Source: Chrysomallon squamiferum
Taxonomy: Eukaryota > Animalia > Mollusca
Direction: 5' to 3'
Assembly (NCBI GenBank): GCA_012295275.1
Contig: CM022679.1
Location: forward strand, 12,152,001-12,216,000
Length of the DNA stretch: 64,000 bases
A model generated the notes under the pieces. That model was not told where the DNA came from, did no database searches, and saw only the letters and a list, made by a program, of their open reading frames with translations. The position numbers and the translations under genes are program-made. Shown piece by piece: positions 1 through 12,823 of the stretch; position 1 is the stretch's first letter; each line of letters begins with the position of its first letter.

Positions 1-122
1 TAAACGTATGCCATGACATTTTGTTTGGAATAATTTAACTGATGAAATAAATATTGAAACGTATGAGAGAAGAATAATACTACCAACAAAGCACTTCTAG
101 CATTTCGTTAATTCTCTTCATC
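1..122 (-). other. Possible exon (5' UTR or first coding part) of a minus-strand gene continuing left of the window
   Basis: Minus-strand acceptor TTTTTTTTTTTTTTTCAG|ATGAAG at 122/123, the same style as the WAPL acceptors. Either a donor TTG|GTAGTA at 83/84, or an ATG in CAAAATGT context at 18-20 opening MSWHTF... No homology recognised. Confidence 0.25.
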
Positions 123-1089
123 TGAAAAAAAAAAAAAATAATAATAATAATTAAAAAAAATTAAAAAAAAATTAAAAAATTAAAATTAAATGAGGAAATC
201 TATTTCATTTTAAAATTATTTAATAAATTATTCCCTAGTTTAATCATAAATTAACGATTAAATTAATAAAGTATTTAATATTATTTTAACATCTTTTAAT
301 TATTAAACTAGTGAATAAATGTTTTTAAAATGAAATAGGTTTTCACATTCAGCGTTATCTTTAATTGTTTTGTCTTATTTTGTCTTTGTTACTTTTGACC
401 TATATTAAATGTTGTCTAAGAAATCTAGTCAAAATACGTTACTCCGAAATGTCCTGTTATGAAAATATCTAACCAAAACATCCTAGTCAGTCGTCTGTTT
501 CGCAAATCTTCAAACTTCGTGAACAGGCAAATAAACTAAAAATGAAAGCTGAAAATATACATCATATTTAATGACATTTTGAATCTCGAGTAGCCTGATA
601 TTAATTCAAATCCATTACTTTTTTCCACTATAAATATTAAGATGGCATTTCAATTCAAACTCAATCTGCAAATTTTATAAACAGATCTTGCAGAGCCGCT
701 CGCTTTAATCAGTGTCTTGATACGGAAAATAATGTCAGACTGAAATGTCCACTTCAATTTTAAACAGACTGCATTCGGTTCGTTCAGATGTCTGGTTTCT
801 GTTTATCTTAACAGTGCATTTCTCGTCAACAAAATAAGATAGTTATTTAATCAACAGAAGAGTCATTTCTTGTTCTTAGACAATGAAAACAGATGAGATG
901 AGAATAGTCTAAATATTCTAGCATAGTATCAAGAAGCAGGTCTGAATTAAGGCTTCTGTAATATACAACTAAAATATCAAATAAAATGCAGAATTGGTCT
1001 TGTTTACTAAGACATTGAACTAAGCCAATAGTTAAATATGTTTAGTTAAATATGTTTAGCTTGGTATAAAATAAAAAACAGGCTTTATC

Positions 1090-1680
1090 AACATTACAGC
1101 TTGTCAAAGAGAGTGTCTCTGACGACAAGTAAAACAAGTTAGAATAATTTAAATATAGCTTGCTAGTGAATTGGATGGTACTGTATCCTTTTCACGTCCA
1201 TCTCGATTAAATATCGCAGCTTGTACTGGCACCCAGAGTCTGAAATCCTAACGAACGGAATTTTATAGCCTGAAGCGTCCAGCATTAGTGATGTGTATTA
1301 AAAATGCACTTCTGGCGTCTCGTTAATTCTCTTCAGTACACGACATTCGTGTTAATGTTATCAGCAAAGCTCAGACACGGCGCCTGATACTTGCAATTGC
1401 TTTTGACAAGCCTGATAGCCAGAAATGCATTATAAAAGCAATGTACTGTCCATAGGAAATATTCAAACTGACAGTCTGCCTTCATGTATATCTCTGGAGA
1501 CCGTCAGACGTCCACTTAAATATGACAGAACACACTTGGAGATTCCTCTCCGATGACACCGTGGCACAATTTTCGAATATAATTGATTTGATATAATATG
1601 CACGCTGGGATTTTTGATTATTGACAAGCTGAATATCGTCGTGGAAGGAGATGGTGTGCAGTGTCAGACCCAGCTCATAT
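1090..1680. promoter_or_regulatory. Candidate enhancer island with TALE (TGACA) motif cluster and Smad sites
   Basis: GC/CpG-richer than the flanks and no long ORF. TGACAAGC at 1404 and 1622 and its reverse at 1097-1106; TGACAG at 1469 and 1523; several CAGAC; GRCGNC-N5-GTCT at 1498-1512 on the minus strand. Confidence 0.35.
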
Positions 1681-2573
1681 TATTTACATATTAAATAAAT
1701 CCTTATTTTCTTCTTTCCTAGGCTTTTTTATATTCTGATTTCTGCGTCTTTGCTACGTGTTTTTTTTTTTTTTTTTTTTTTTTTTCTCTCTTTTGTTTTT
1801 TTATATGAATACAGAAATACTTTATTTTCTAATGCTCATGGTAAAATTTATTCTTTTTTTTTTTTTAAAAAAAAATAATAGTAATAAAAAAATAACGTCT
1901 TTGGGTTGTTTTGACAGTTTCTATATATTTTGAAAAATTGTAAAAACAATACACAGTTTAATCTTTCATATATATTCGTGAATAGCATGCTTTAACCTAA
2001 TTCATATTTATGCCATACGTAAAGAATAAGCTAAAACGCTCATTTGTAATTTTTAAGGACCCATAAAACGATGATAATATATATTTTATTAAACTAGAAC
2101 TTTGTATCCTGTTAGATAGACTATTTTGTTTAATTTGTTTGAAAAAATCAGTATATTTATTCATAACAAGAATAGCACCCTCAGCAGCGAAATATCGAAA
2201 TGTTTAAGCCAAATTCTTCATGAGTGTAACTTCAAAATTCCTCTTACAGTCTTCATTCAGACGTCTTGATTTGATGATATCATTTAATCGCAATATTCTG
2301 CCCTTACTTGGTCCTGGGAATTCAGTTTTATTATGCTTAAGACTTTTTATATTAATTCCAGGCAAGGATGTTAATGGGAATTTTGAAATAAATAAATTCA
2401 AATATCCTTACTGCCACAAAGTTGAGTAATACTAATGGAAATTCAGTTCCAATTCCTTAGCGGGTATAAAATCAAATACCTCTGTTCTTTGTTACTGTTT
2501 CATCAAATTGAAATACAAACATATTCATCTACTTGAATATGAATTTTATTGGATATTTTCACCAAAAAACAAC

Positions 2574-2604
<31 letters not shown>

Positions 2605-2689
2605 CAAAAAAACAAAAGTACATTAAATTGATATTGATAACCTACTTGACGTTTAGACAATGATAAATTCAAGTTTTATCATTTCATTT

Positions 2690-3260
2690 TCTAATCGTGT
2701 GGGCGGAGAAAAAACCAGCAAACTGCCGATAAAGCACAATGTGGATCATTGCGTAACACTTCCCCTTAGACGAACCAAAATGGCCGCCTTGTCATAATCA
2801 TCAAACACGTAATTGAGTCGGACAAGCGTGATCTATCGTCTGGGCTCAAGTCATCAATTTTCTGCAATCGGAGATAGCCAATTCTTCTGATAATGGAAAG
2901 TCCTTGGCATCAAAAGTGACAAGAAACACGAAATTAATAAGAAAATGTCACTTTTTCGACGTTTTGGTATTACCCCGAGGTCGCTTTGCCATGGCGGGCT
3001 TTCCTTGGTCATAGGTCCCCGAATGATGCTAAAATGTCGTCTGCTATCGATAACCATGGCAAAGAATCATTTTGTTCTTTCGTTCATAAATCACTAAGTT
3101 TCCCCCGAGTACGCTGCATAGGAAGATTGAAGCGTTCTGTCAGATAAACTGACATTTCAGAAGTCGATTAGTTACGTACAGACCATCATGTTCACTTCGC
3201 TTTTTGCCGGTAATTACACTTGAATATGGCTGCAGAGAACTATTTGATAAGTGACAACCG
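2690..3260. promoter_or_regulatory. CpG-rich promoter/5' UTR-like island
   Basis: GGGCGG box at 2701, YY1-type AAAATGGCCGCC at 2777, high CpG density, two GCCATGG Kozak ATGs on the minus strand (3057, 2992). Confidence 0.35.
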
Positions 3261-3634
3261 GCATAAATAAATCTGGATGTTTAGACAAAAAGATTGTATT
3301 TGAGTAATAAAAATGTCATGGCGTGTAATATTTATTGAGTTCACGTAGTCATAAAGCTTTGTTAGATTAGGCTTCTTTATTTGTTCTGATATTGCGAGCT
3401 CGAGTTGTTTTCTGTAAATCAACGCGCTATTTTTCCTCTTTTTTTTTTTCTTTCTTTCTTACTTTTTTTCCCCCTCTGAAGTTCAGGCTAGCAGTCACCT
3501 CCTTGTTTCTCACTTTATACAAAGATGCAGTTATATACATAATTTTTTTATTTTATTTATATGGCGTATAATATTTTATTTGGCTATTTATTACAGAAGA
3601 AAATACTGTTTGAGAATAAGATGGCTCCACTTAT

Positions 3635-3641
3635 TAAAAAA

Positions 3642-3704
<63 letters not shown>

Positions 3705-3896
3705 TCAGAAATGTTTCTTTAACGAAATACTTCGTCATCTCTGTAATATTATTACTGTTGATTTTGCTGCTGCTGTTGTTGAAGTTATTGCAGTTGTTGT
3801 TTATTATAATCGTTGTTTTTGTAGTATATTATCATACGTATTGTCATTATTAATTCTCTTATGTATATGTGTGTGTGCGTGTGCTTGTGCGTATGC

Positions 3897-3921
<25 letters not shown>
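3635..3921. repeat. Poly-A, (TA)n and (TG)n microsatellites
   Basis: Directly visible: A-run, then (AT)n at ~3660-3702 and (TG)n at ~3867-3921. Confidence 0.95.
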
Positions 3922-3927
<6 letters not shown>

Positions 3928-5227
3928 TATCATATTCAAACATGCTTTCCAAGAGTAAAGGCATGGGGTTTCTGTTCCCATTCCAAATTTACAAAACTTT
4001 TTGCTTTGTAAAAACAAAACACATACAAATCTCCAGTGTCGTATAAGAAAAGGTCACGTCTTCCTGTTATTTTTCCAAAATTATGAAATTATCTATCTTG
4101 TCTATAATCACCAGTCACGTAGTAGTGAAAAAACCCCACAGTCAGCAGCTTCTCCCTTGTTTTCAGATATGTCCATTTTATCAAATACAGATTTGTACTA
4201 GCTTTTAAACAGAGACCAATTATAGACAAAATATAATTATTTAAATACGATAATTAATATAACTGCGTTATTCTGATCAGCTGTGTGTGCAGGACAAATT
4301 GATTTATCCAGCAAATTTATTAAAAACTGACAATTACAGTTATCTTCAAGGTTTATTATTTATTTGACACACACGTAAAAATCATTTTAATTACGTTTTC
4401 GTTATTAAACGAAATAACTATGGTAATTTAGAATTAATTCTCTTTCGGTTTAAGAAGATTATTGTTCATTATCAAGATCTGTATATGAAAAAATATATAT
4501 AGGCTTATATATATTTTTTTAAACTTTTTTTCTAGATAGTCGATTGCGCCTCACTTTAAACTTGACAGGTTATTTGCATGTTGCTGAATGCATGGCTTTA
4601 ATTGCTCGCAAGGGAAGACTTGTATCAGACGTAACGTCTCCATCGTGGCGATTCTGCACAATATCAGTGGATCGTTATATGCCCTTAACGGGCTTTAAAA
4701 GTTTCAAACGTTTGCGGTTTTAGTATGTCAAATACATGTAGTGAAATATTTGACATCTTGACATAATTGCTCTCCAGATAGCATCAGCCAGGCTCCATGG
4801 CGACCAAACAGAGCGTGTTCTTTCTGCTCTTCTGTTAATCTGTGTCTATAGTTAATGAATGACGAAGTCGTATCAGTGCGATGCTGTGTGTAAAATTTAT
4901 TGTGCTGCGTCGATTATCGGTTTCGTGTTTAATACGAATCCAGCTTTTGACGCTGTTATGATAATGTACAGTTTACGCCCTGCGGTTAATTTCGTACTGA
5001 AATGTCAATATAAAAAGGTCAAGAGAAATTTAATCACGGATGGTTATGGTGTCGTGTTGTAAGATCAAAAGAAGCACTTGTGCGGATAATTGGGTAACCA
5101 TAACGTTAATTATTTTAAAGTGCGGTTAATACTGTCTTGGTAGTTTCAGTGAGCTATATAACACATACATCTTCTTTTTTTTTTTCGTTCCTTCATTTTT
5201 TTTTTAATTTCTTTTCATTTTTTTATT

Positions 5228-5259
<32 letters not shown>

Positions 5260-5689
5260 CTAATCAACAGTATTTCTCATAATTCTCATTTGTATTTTAA
5301 TACCTAGTAAAATGAATCTGACATGTACTTGTAGGAAATGTTTTTCTAGTCAAAATAAGCTTCTGTTTTTCATCTTCGTTTTTATTTATTTTTATATTGC
5401 GTTACCCAGCAACTGAAAAGAATATGTAAAACGATTCTAGCTTCTTTCTGCACTTAAATCGTGTTTAAAATGCCGTGAAATTTAGGTGCCACTATTTAAA
5501 CACGTTCCTTAAGCAAACATCTGGTCTTAAAAGTTTAAGGAATGTTTTTATTTTATTTTTTAAATATGCCATGTCTAAAATACTTAAAATAATATTAGAT
5601 TAACCTCATTTATTTTCAAAAATATTTTACAGACATAGTTATGTTTTTGAACGAGATTATGTTTATGTTAAACAACACGAGATTTGTCC

Positions 5690-5935
5690 AACAGCTGAGT
5701 CATTCCCGTTCAACGTAGAATGGATGTTTTGTCAAAAACCGTGGTGTATGTTTTACTGTCATTTGTAAGAAAGTGAAATTTAAAAAAAAAAAAAAAAAAA
5801 TTTGTTGCTAATAATAGCTACTCACAGAGTAAAGGCACGCGGTTTTTGCTTCCAAATCAACAATATATGACTTTGCGTATGATCACTAATAATGAAAGAC
5901 GAAGAGAATACCCTAAACATTTATTCATTAGTTAT
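5690..5935 (+). mobile_element. Degenerate MetaSINE-like relic
   Basis: CAAAAACCGTGGTGTATGTTTTACTGTC...TTGTTGCTAAT...GCGGTTTT resembles my recollection of the mollusc Meta-domain SINE body (CAAAGGCCGTGGTATGTGCTATCCTGTC...TTGCTGCTAAT...GCGGGTTTCC). Recalled, not aligned. Confidence 0.35.
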
Positions 5936-6185
5936 TCAGTGAAGATTGTGAAAGTTTTAAACTGTTGTCTTATGAGAAAATATTTCAGGAGGCTGGTTTT
6001 TCATCCTATATGAGTTTTAATTTTAAATGTTACAGGAAAAATTTTGAAATAACATGTTTCAGTAATTCAATGGTATAAACGGGTAGCAGCCTGTACTAGG
6101 ACATGTTCCTAGTCTCTACCAGTCTCGAATCCACAGTCTCTGACAGAATCTAGATTTAACGTTAACACTGTGATAAATCACTTTC

Positions 6186-6388
6186 ACTAACAATAACAGC
6201 AATAGTATTATTAGTACTAGCACTAGTACTACTATACTACTACAACTACAACTACAACTACTACTTCTGCTTCTACTATTACTACCACCGTTGCTATTAC
6301 AACAACTACTATTAATTCTAAAACCCCTACTGAAGCAACTTCTACTGCTGCTATTAATGCTGCTACTACAGCCACTTTTACTACTATT

Positions 6389-6463
<75 letters not shown>
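6186..6463. repeat. Compound trinucleotide microsatellite (ACT/GCT/AAT/AAC)
   Basis: Directly visible; it explains the low-complexity ORFs at 6116-6505. Confidence 0.95.
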
Positions 6464-6464
<1 letters not shown>

Positions 6465-7873
6465 CATAAATAGTTGAACGGTGTCAAGGTCTGTGATTTT
6501 TTCATCCAAACGTATTGCAGTCAACATTATTATGCACTTCACAAATGGATCAAGGATATTTTAAAAATAAACATCTCGTGCAAAATGGCGGCAACAGGCG
6601 GCAACAGACTATGAGAAAGGCTGAAAAATAAAATAAAATAAAAGTTCTACAGATGTACACTTGTCATGTAAATTGGGTTTGATCATACGATATTTTATCA
6701 GTCAATCAATCAGAAAGCTATTTGCTTTTATGTTGGAAATTAATTCTTGCTTGGTTAACCTCGCTGCCAGTCGCCAAACAGTCTGATGTAAGATGAGCTT
6801 GGCCTATTATATGTTTTAAGTGAGCAGTTGATCCTCTGTCAGTCACTGCCTTTTATCTTTTGACAGACTCCGTGGGTGAGCAGACGACATCTCTCCACTG
6901 ATCGCACAGCGTTACCATGGAGTCACGTCAAAGCTGATTGATCAGAAACCCGAGGGTCGGGCGTATTCTAATGGCTGAATTTCCCCTTCAAAGACTTACG
7001 ATCTTTTTATTTTCAAAATATGATGATAAATCATAATTATTGCAGATGATAATAGGTATATTTAGATTTCATAAGCAATGGTTTGGAAATTATGACCAGT
7101 CGCTTTGGGGAAAAGAGTTATAGTAAAGTTTAGCTTGCTTGCTGATGTGAATATTTATTAATATAACTTTTTATTTCAATTTTTTTTTTATTAATTATTG
7201 TTAAAACCGTTCATAGAAATCAATTTAGAATATCGGCTATTGTATTAAAATACTGAAATCGACTACTTAATATATAACCAGGACTGAATACGATATATTC
7301 AAAACAGATGAGAGCATTTATGTTGTATATGAGATTATAATATGCACAATCTTTAAAAAAAAAACGAAAAAAAACCGATATAAATAAAAAAAAAAATAAT
7401 AATAATGCAAAAACACATAAATAATATTCTAAAACTGGCTAAACTTAGGATGTACATAATGGAATTGGTTAAAAAGCAAGAACCCCCCCAAAAACCCACA
7501 ACAACCAAAAAAAAAAAAAAAAAAAACCCACACAACACGTACGATTGCAAAAGGCAACTCAAACACACTCATATTTATATATATATATATAGATAGATAG
7601 ATAGATAGATAGATACACACTAAAGACAGTTTGTAAATCACTTCCGAAAAGCAAAACATTTTAAATACAGCATTAATAAAGAAAAAAAGAAGAAAGAACA
7701 AGAAACACAACTCATACACATACATTCAAAAGACAACACACACAAACACACACACATACACACATACACACACATCAATATTCCATAATTATCTAAAGGA
7801 CACAATAAAGAAGAAAAATCAACAATTAAGAAGTAAAATGATAAGTAATCTAAGATATAAACTGAGGAACCAA

Positions 7874-7929
<56 letters not shown>

Positions 7930-8265
7930 GTTTTGTTTTATGTTTATAATCAAAACTAAAGTGATGATCACATGGGTAAAAGGTCAGAGAAATAGTTTAT
8001 ATTATTTGAAATTTTACTTATTACTTTTTAAAAATTGCACAAGTTTTTCTTGATATATAATTCAGTAATTCTTTAATCGCACACAAATTTAAATTTTCAT
8101 TTTCATTAACATTTTTGTGCCATTTTATAATCTGATTTAATACTTTGATAGCGCGAACAACCGAACCAAATATTTATTTTAAAATGTATACATACATGTG
8201 AATGTAGTTATATTATAAGGGATGCAATATCTTGAAATAATGCTTAATAAAATACTGACCTTATT

Positions 8266-8300
<35 letters not shown>

Positions 8301-9254
8301 CCCGAAGGAAGGGAAGTAACTGCAACACGAGAAGCTCATTAACATTTTTTATTATTGTTTTTATAATATTTCAGTTTTTGAAAATATTTAATTTTATATT
8401 ATTTATTAAACTTTACTTAATAGCTGAAATAAAATAATTTATTCAGCGACATTATATGAACTTTTATATCTTAAATTTAATTACTTTTACTTTTCAAGTT
8501 TAGATTTAATTACAATTTATATAGTAACTGCTACACAACAGAGATAATAACGGATGATAACAGTAAAAGCTATTTAATCGTGGAATAACATACATAAAGT
8601 AATATATGCAAAGAAAATGCAGCGAACATTCATAACCTTTAAGGTATTTCTTGATTTAATATAGGCTAATAATTTGTGCTTGAGCAAGGCATTCTGGAAT
8701 AACCCATTACCTTTCTTCCTTTAAAATACAGGTAAATATTAGTGTTACAAAATACAAGCGACGAAACTATAGAAGTTCTTAGTGTGTATCACACTATATA
8801 ACACCTATTTATAAGATTCGGTGGTTAATAGTTAGAAATAATCGTATTTCGACCTGAAAATAATATACAGTATACCAAAAAAAAAAAATTATTTTAATCT
8901 TAGTTTTATATTATTTATTTATTTTATTTTATTTTATTATTATGTTTTTAATGAAAGGGGATGATGACTGTGGTAATAACTATTAAAAAATATTGCAGTT
9001 TCATATGCGACCTTGGTAGAAAAAGATATATTTAAAAAAAAAAAAACACGACAGTTTTGTTGTACATGAACAAATGTGAATAATTCACACTTTAAATTCA
9101 TAGCAAGGCAGCAATGATGAAGTCTCTAATTAATGAATATTCTAATAATAACTATGACTTTTTAATTTAATTTAATTTAATTTTATTTTTATTTTTGTTT
9201 ATTTTATTTTATTATTTATTTCTTATTTCTTTTTATTATTTTTATTTACATTTA

Positions 9255-9310
<56 letters not shown>

Positions 9311-10276
9311 TAATGTTTTTGCAATTTTGATCCTGTTTTTCAGTTATTTTTAAAACAGTGATCCAAAGATTTGTATAAGTAGCGGCGAATATAGAGGAGG
9401 ATCTCAGATTCCGTCTTCCCATCTTGAATTTTAAATCCCTATATAGGTGCAGTGTGAAACTTAACCTTGCCAACAAAATATGCAGTGAAATAATTATGTA
9501 CACGCACATTAAACCTTCTGACAGCGAAGCATGACAGTTATCTATAGTGGTGTTATATTCAATACTGGGCGGCTTCCTTTTCTATGTTGTCAAATAATAC
9601 AGATAGTTTTTGTGTTTGTTTGTTTTGTTTTCTTGTTGTTTTTTAAATTTACAATGTCACATAATATAGCCAATTTTAATATCTGTATCTACATCTGTAT
9701 CTGTCTATCTCTGTCTGTTTATCCATCCATCTATCCGTCTTTCTACACACACACACACACACACACACAAAAATATAATAAAAATAAAATAATTTTAAAA
9801 AATTGTAAAATAGTAAAATTCGATTTTCTGAAGTGATATTTTAAGAGTTAATGCCCTTTACTAACATCGTCAACCTGGCTACACGCAAGAAATACTTTGT
9901 AAAATCATTGTTACCATCATCTCACAGGAATATCTGATGACATCTACAACTATATACTTTTAAAAAAGAAAGCCAAAAAAAAAAATAATAATAATAATAA
10001 TAAAAAAAGCCACCACATCACCACATATTACAAACAGCATCAGCAGTTTGCCAAATGTAAAAAAATATGAATAAAAAAAAAACAATTATAAAAAAAATTA
10101 AAAAAAAAATTATTTTGTAATCAAAGTTTTTATTTTTATAACTTATTCCTGAAGTCATATAAAGTAAAAACAACATGCTGCTGAAGTTACCATTACAGCT
10201 GTTAAGAAATTAATAAGATAAGCATACGCACATATTGGGAAAGTCAGTATATGAGAGAAAGAGACAGATATTTTAT

Positions 10277-10331
<55 letters not shown>

Positions 10332-11547
10332 CAAAACAATTGGAGCGTTGACAGAAAATCAAACAGCTTTACAGTGCAGCGGAAATCAAAATGATTCTCT
10401 CCTCTTTAAGTTAATTAAGATCCTGAACTATCCATGCTGTGTGTATGGTGGTGGTTTAATGTTTTCTCCCATTTTCCTGCATTATCAACATTAAGAACAA
10501 ATTAATAATTCAACAGAACTAGATGAAAATGCAATACTAAAGACAGGTTCAGTATTTTATACATTTTTAAAGTTTTTATATATTAATAATGATTAGCCTT
10601 TGTTTCTTGTTAGATAAATAAGCTTCCGATGTTGAATGGAGGCGGCCATTTCATCAACAGTTGTGGCATCATTTCGAAACGGAAATATAAAAACAAATTC
10701 CTGACAGAGGATTGGCAAACATTACAATGATTAGCTCTCAGTAGCGGATTTTTTCTTTAATTTTTTACGTACCTAATGACTTTACAATGAACATCAGCCT
10801 CAATAGTTTGAGAAGATTGGATGCCAAAAAAAAAAAAAAAAAAAAAAAGAAGGAATATGGAATACGACTTAAAATATTTGACAAGCTCATGAAGTGGTAT
10901 ACATATTCATAATAAGATTAAAAACAAATGACAAAACGAGTAACAATGTCGACAAAAATACATTTTATTACCAATGGTAAAGGGCTACCTGTACACAAGT
11001 GAATGAAGTTTTATTATTCGTATCTACAAAACGATGAAATGTACAGCTTACCCATCATGGAAAACAGTGAAACATGGTATTTTCTTTTTACAAAAAATCC
11101 TGCATTACACTGGAGTGTCATGTTTGTGACGATTACAAAACAATTCTTTTCTCATTTCAACACCTTCAGTGTTATCACATTTAAAAGAAAAACAAACAGA
11201 TCTGGAGTTGTACAGGCAACACATCATTAAACTATACATACAGCAAAGTTATTACTAACAATTTTAAAATGTAATTACTAAAACCATTGTTGCAGAAGAA
11301 AAAAAAAAAAGAAAAAAAAGGAAAAAAGAAGAGACCATGCAACTGAAGTGGAAGAAAATATTATTTTTTTAAATGAATAATTAAGAATAAATATAAGATG
11401 ATAAATAAAATAAAAATAAAATAAAATAAAATGTGATTGGCCTCAGTTGTCATTTTTCATTTAAGCAACTTTATCACTTAAACAAAATAATCCATTTAAT
11501 TTTATAATCTGAATATGTTAGTATTTGCTGCTGCAATTAATATACCC

Positions 11548-11581
<34 letters not shown>

Positions 11582-12823
11582 ATAAAATAAAAAATATAAC
11601 AAAAACAATGAATAAAATGTTCACATATAAACGTTTTTTCACTTTTTCTTTTACAAAAATTGTGTTAAAAATGTTCACCAACAGTTCCCAAATGATTAAT
11701 TAAAAATGGATAAATTCAGATTTAAGGCAATATCCCCGACATGTACATTACAGAAATAGTTTTAAACAAACAGCATAGTACATACAATCAATCAACTCTG
11801 ACATGAAGCGTGATTAAGAGGAGTTAAAATAAAAACTATATATAAAATGTATTCACATTTATGTTTTTAATTTGTCCAACCTGATCCTGTTTTAATTTCC
11901 AAATTATAAACAATCTGCATCTATGCAGGAGAGATGCATGCATAAAAGAAAGAGATAGCTATCTGTGTACATTCTGGTTATGTATGCATGTGCATATTAA
12001 CAGTAATGTAAGGCTCTAGGCGTTATCTTTGACACTTCTCAATTTTTCTGTTAAATATTTAATTTATTTACTTATTTTCTTTAAACAAGTTTTAACGACA
12101 TCTGTTTCCTTATGAATAAAATGTGTTTTCTCTATTTTACTGCTTTACTGAAATTTTTGTTTGAAGACAAGAAAGATACATCAAAGTTAACAATATACTA
12201 GAAAATTCAGTTCAAACACTAAATTAAAAAATTGTATCAGAATATTTTTATTGCTAGTTCCAGTGTCATCTAAGCAAGCATTTTAAAAACAAATAATTAA
12301 TAACAAAATATTACCATAATTTTTAAGCTGCCAATAACAGTCTAACAAGATGTTATACTGTAAAATATTTTACTGGGCCCACTGCAGTATACTAAGGTAA
12401 ATTTAAGAAATAATATGTAATAATAATAAATAAAACAAATAAAATAAATAAATAATACTTAAAAATAAAAACAACAATCAACTGGCACCAATTTATTATA
12501 AAATATATATAAATAAACAAATAAACAAATAAACAAATAATAATAATAATAATAATAATAAGTCAACAGCAATTTCAAAATGATGTAATGATAAATACTG
12601 TTACAAACAACCGGTTGATAAGATGACATGATTCTCTATTAAAATTCAAGTGTATTCACATTCCTTGTGCTATTTGTTACTTTATTTTTTTATTGAAAAC
12701 AAGATATTTAGAGGGGAAATATGTATTTCAGTTGGTTTTTGTCATGATGCTGATTATAAAACATGCATATGTGACATATTCCAGGTAACAAATAAATAAC
12801 AGTGAGAATTACATTGTGTATGA

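Noticed and set aside
405-500. Loosely repeated AAA(T/C)(G/A)TC-like motifs
   Set aside because: Too degenerate to call a transposon subterminal repeat.
2204-2460. Overlapping 65/69-aa ORFs and a GGAATT/GGGAAT cluster (NF-kB/TEAD-like)
   Set aside because: No recognisable protein; the motifs are short, AT-rich and do not match a full consensus.
3580-9836. ORF-track entries with poly-K, YI, CV, poly-L/V/I/T or HT runs (also at 28503-28915, 38544, 43672, 47263, 61201)
   Set aside because: They are translations of microsatellites and A-runs, with no splice support or homology.
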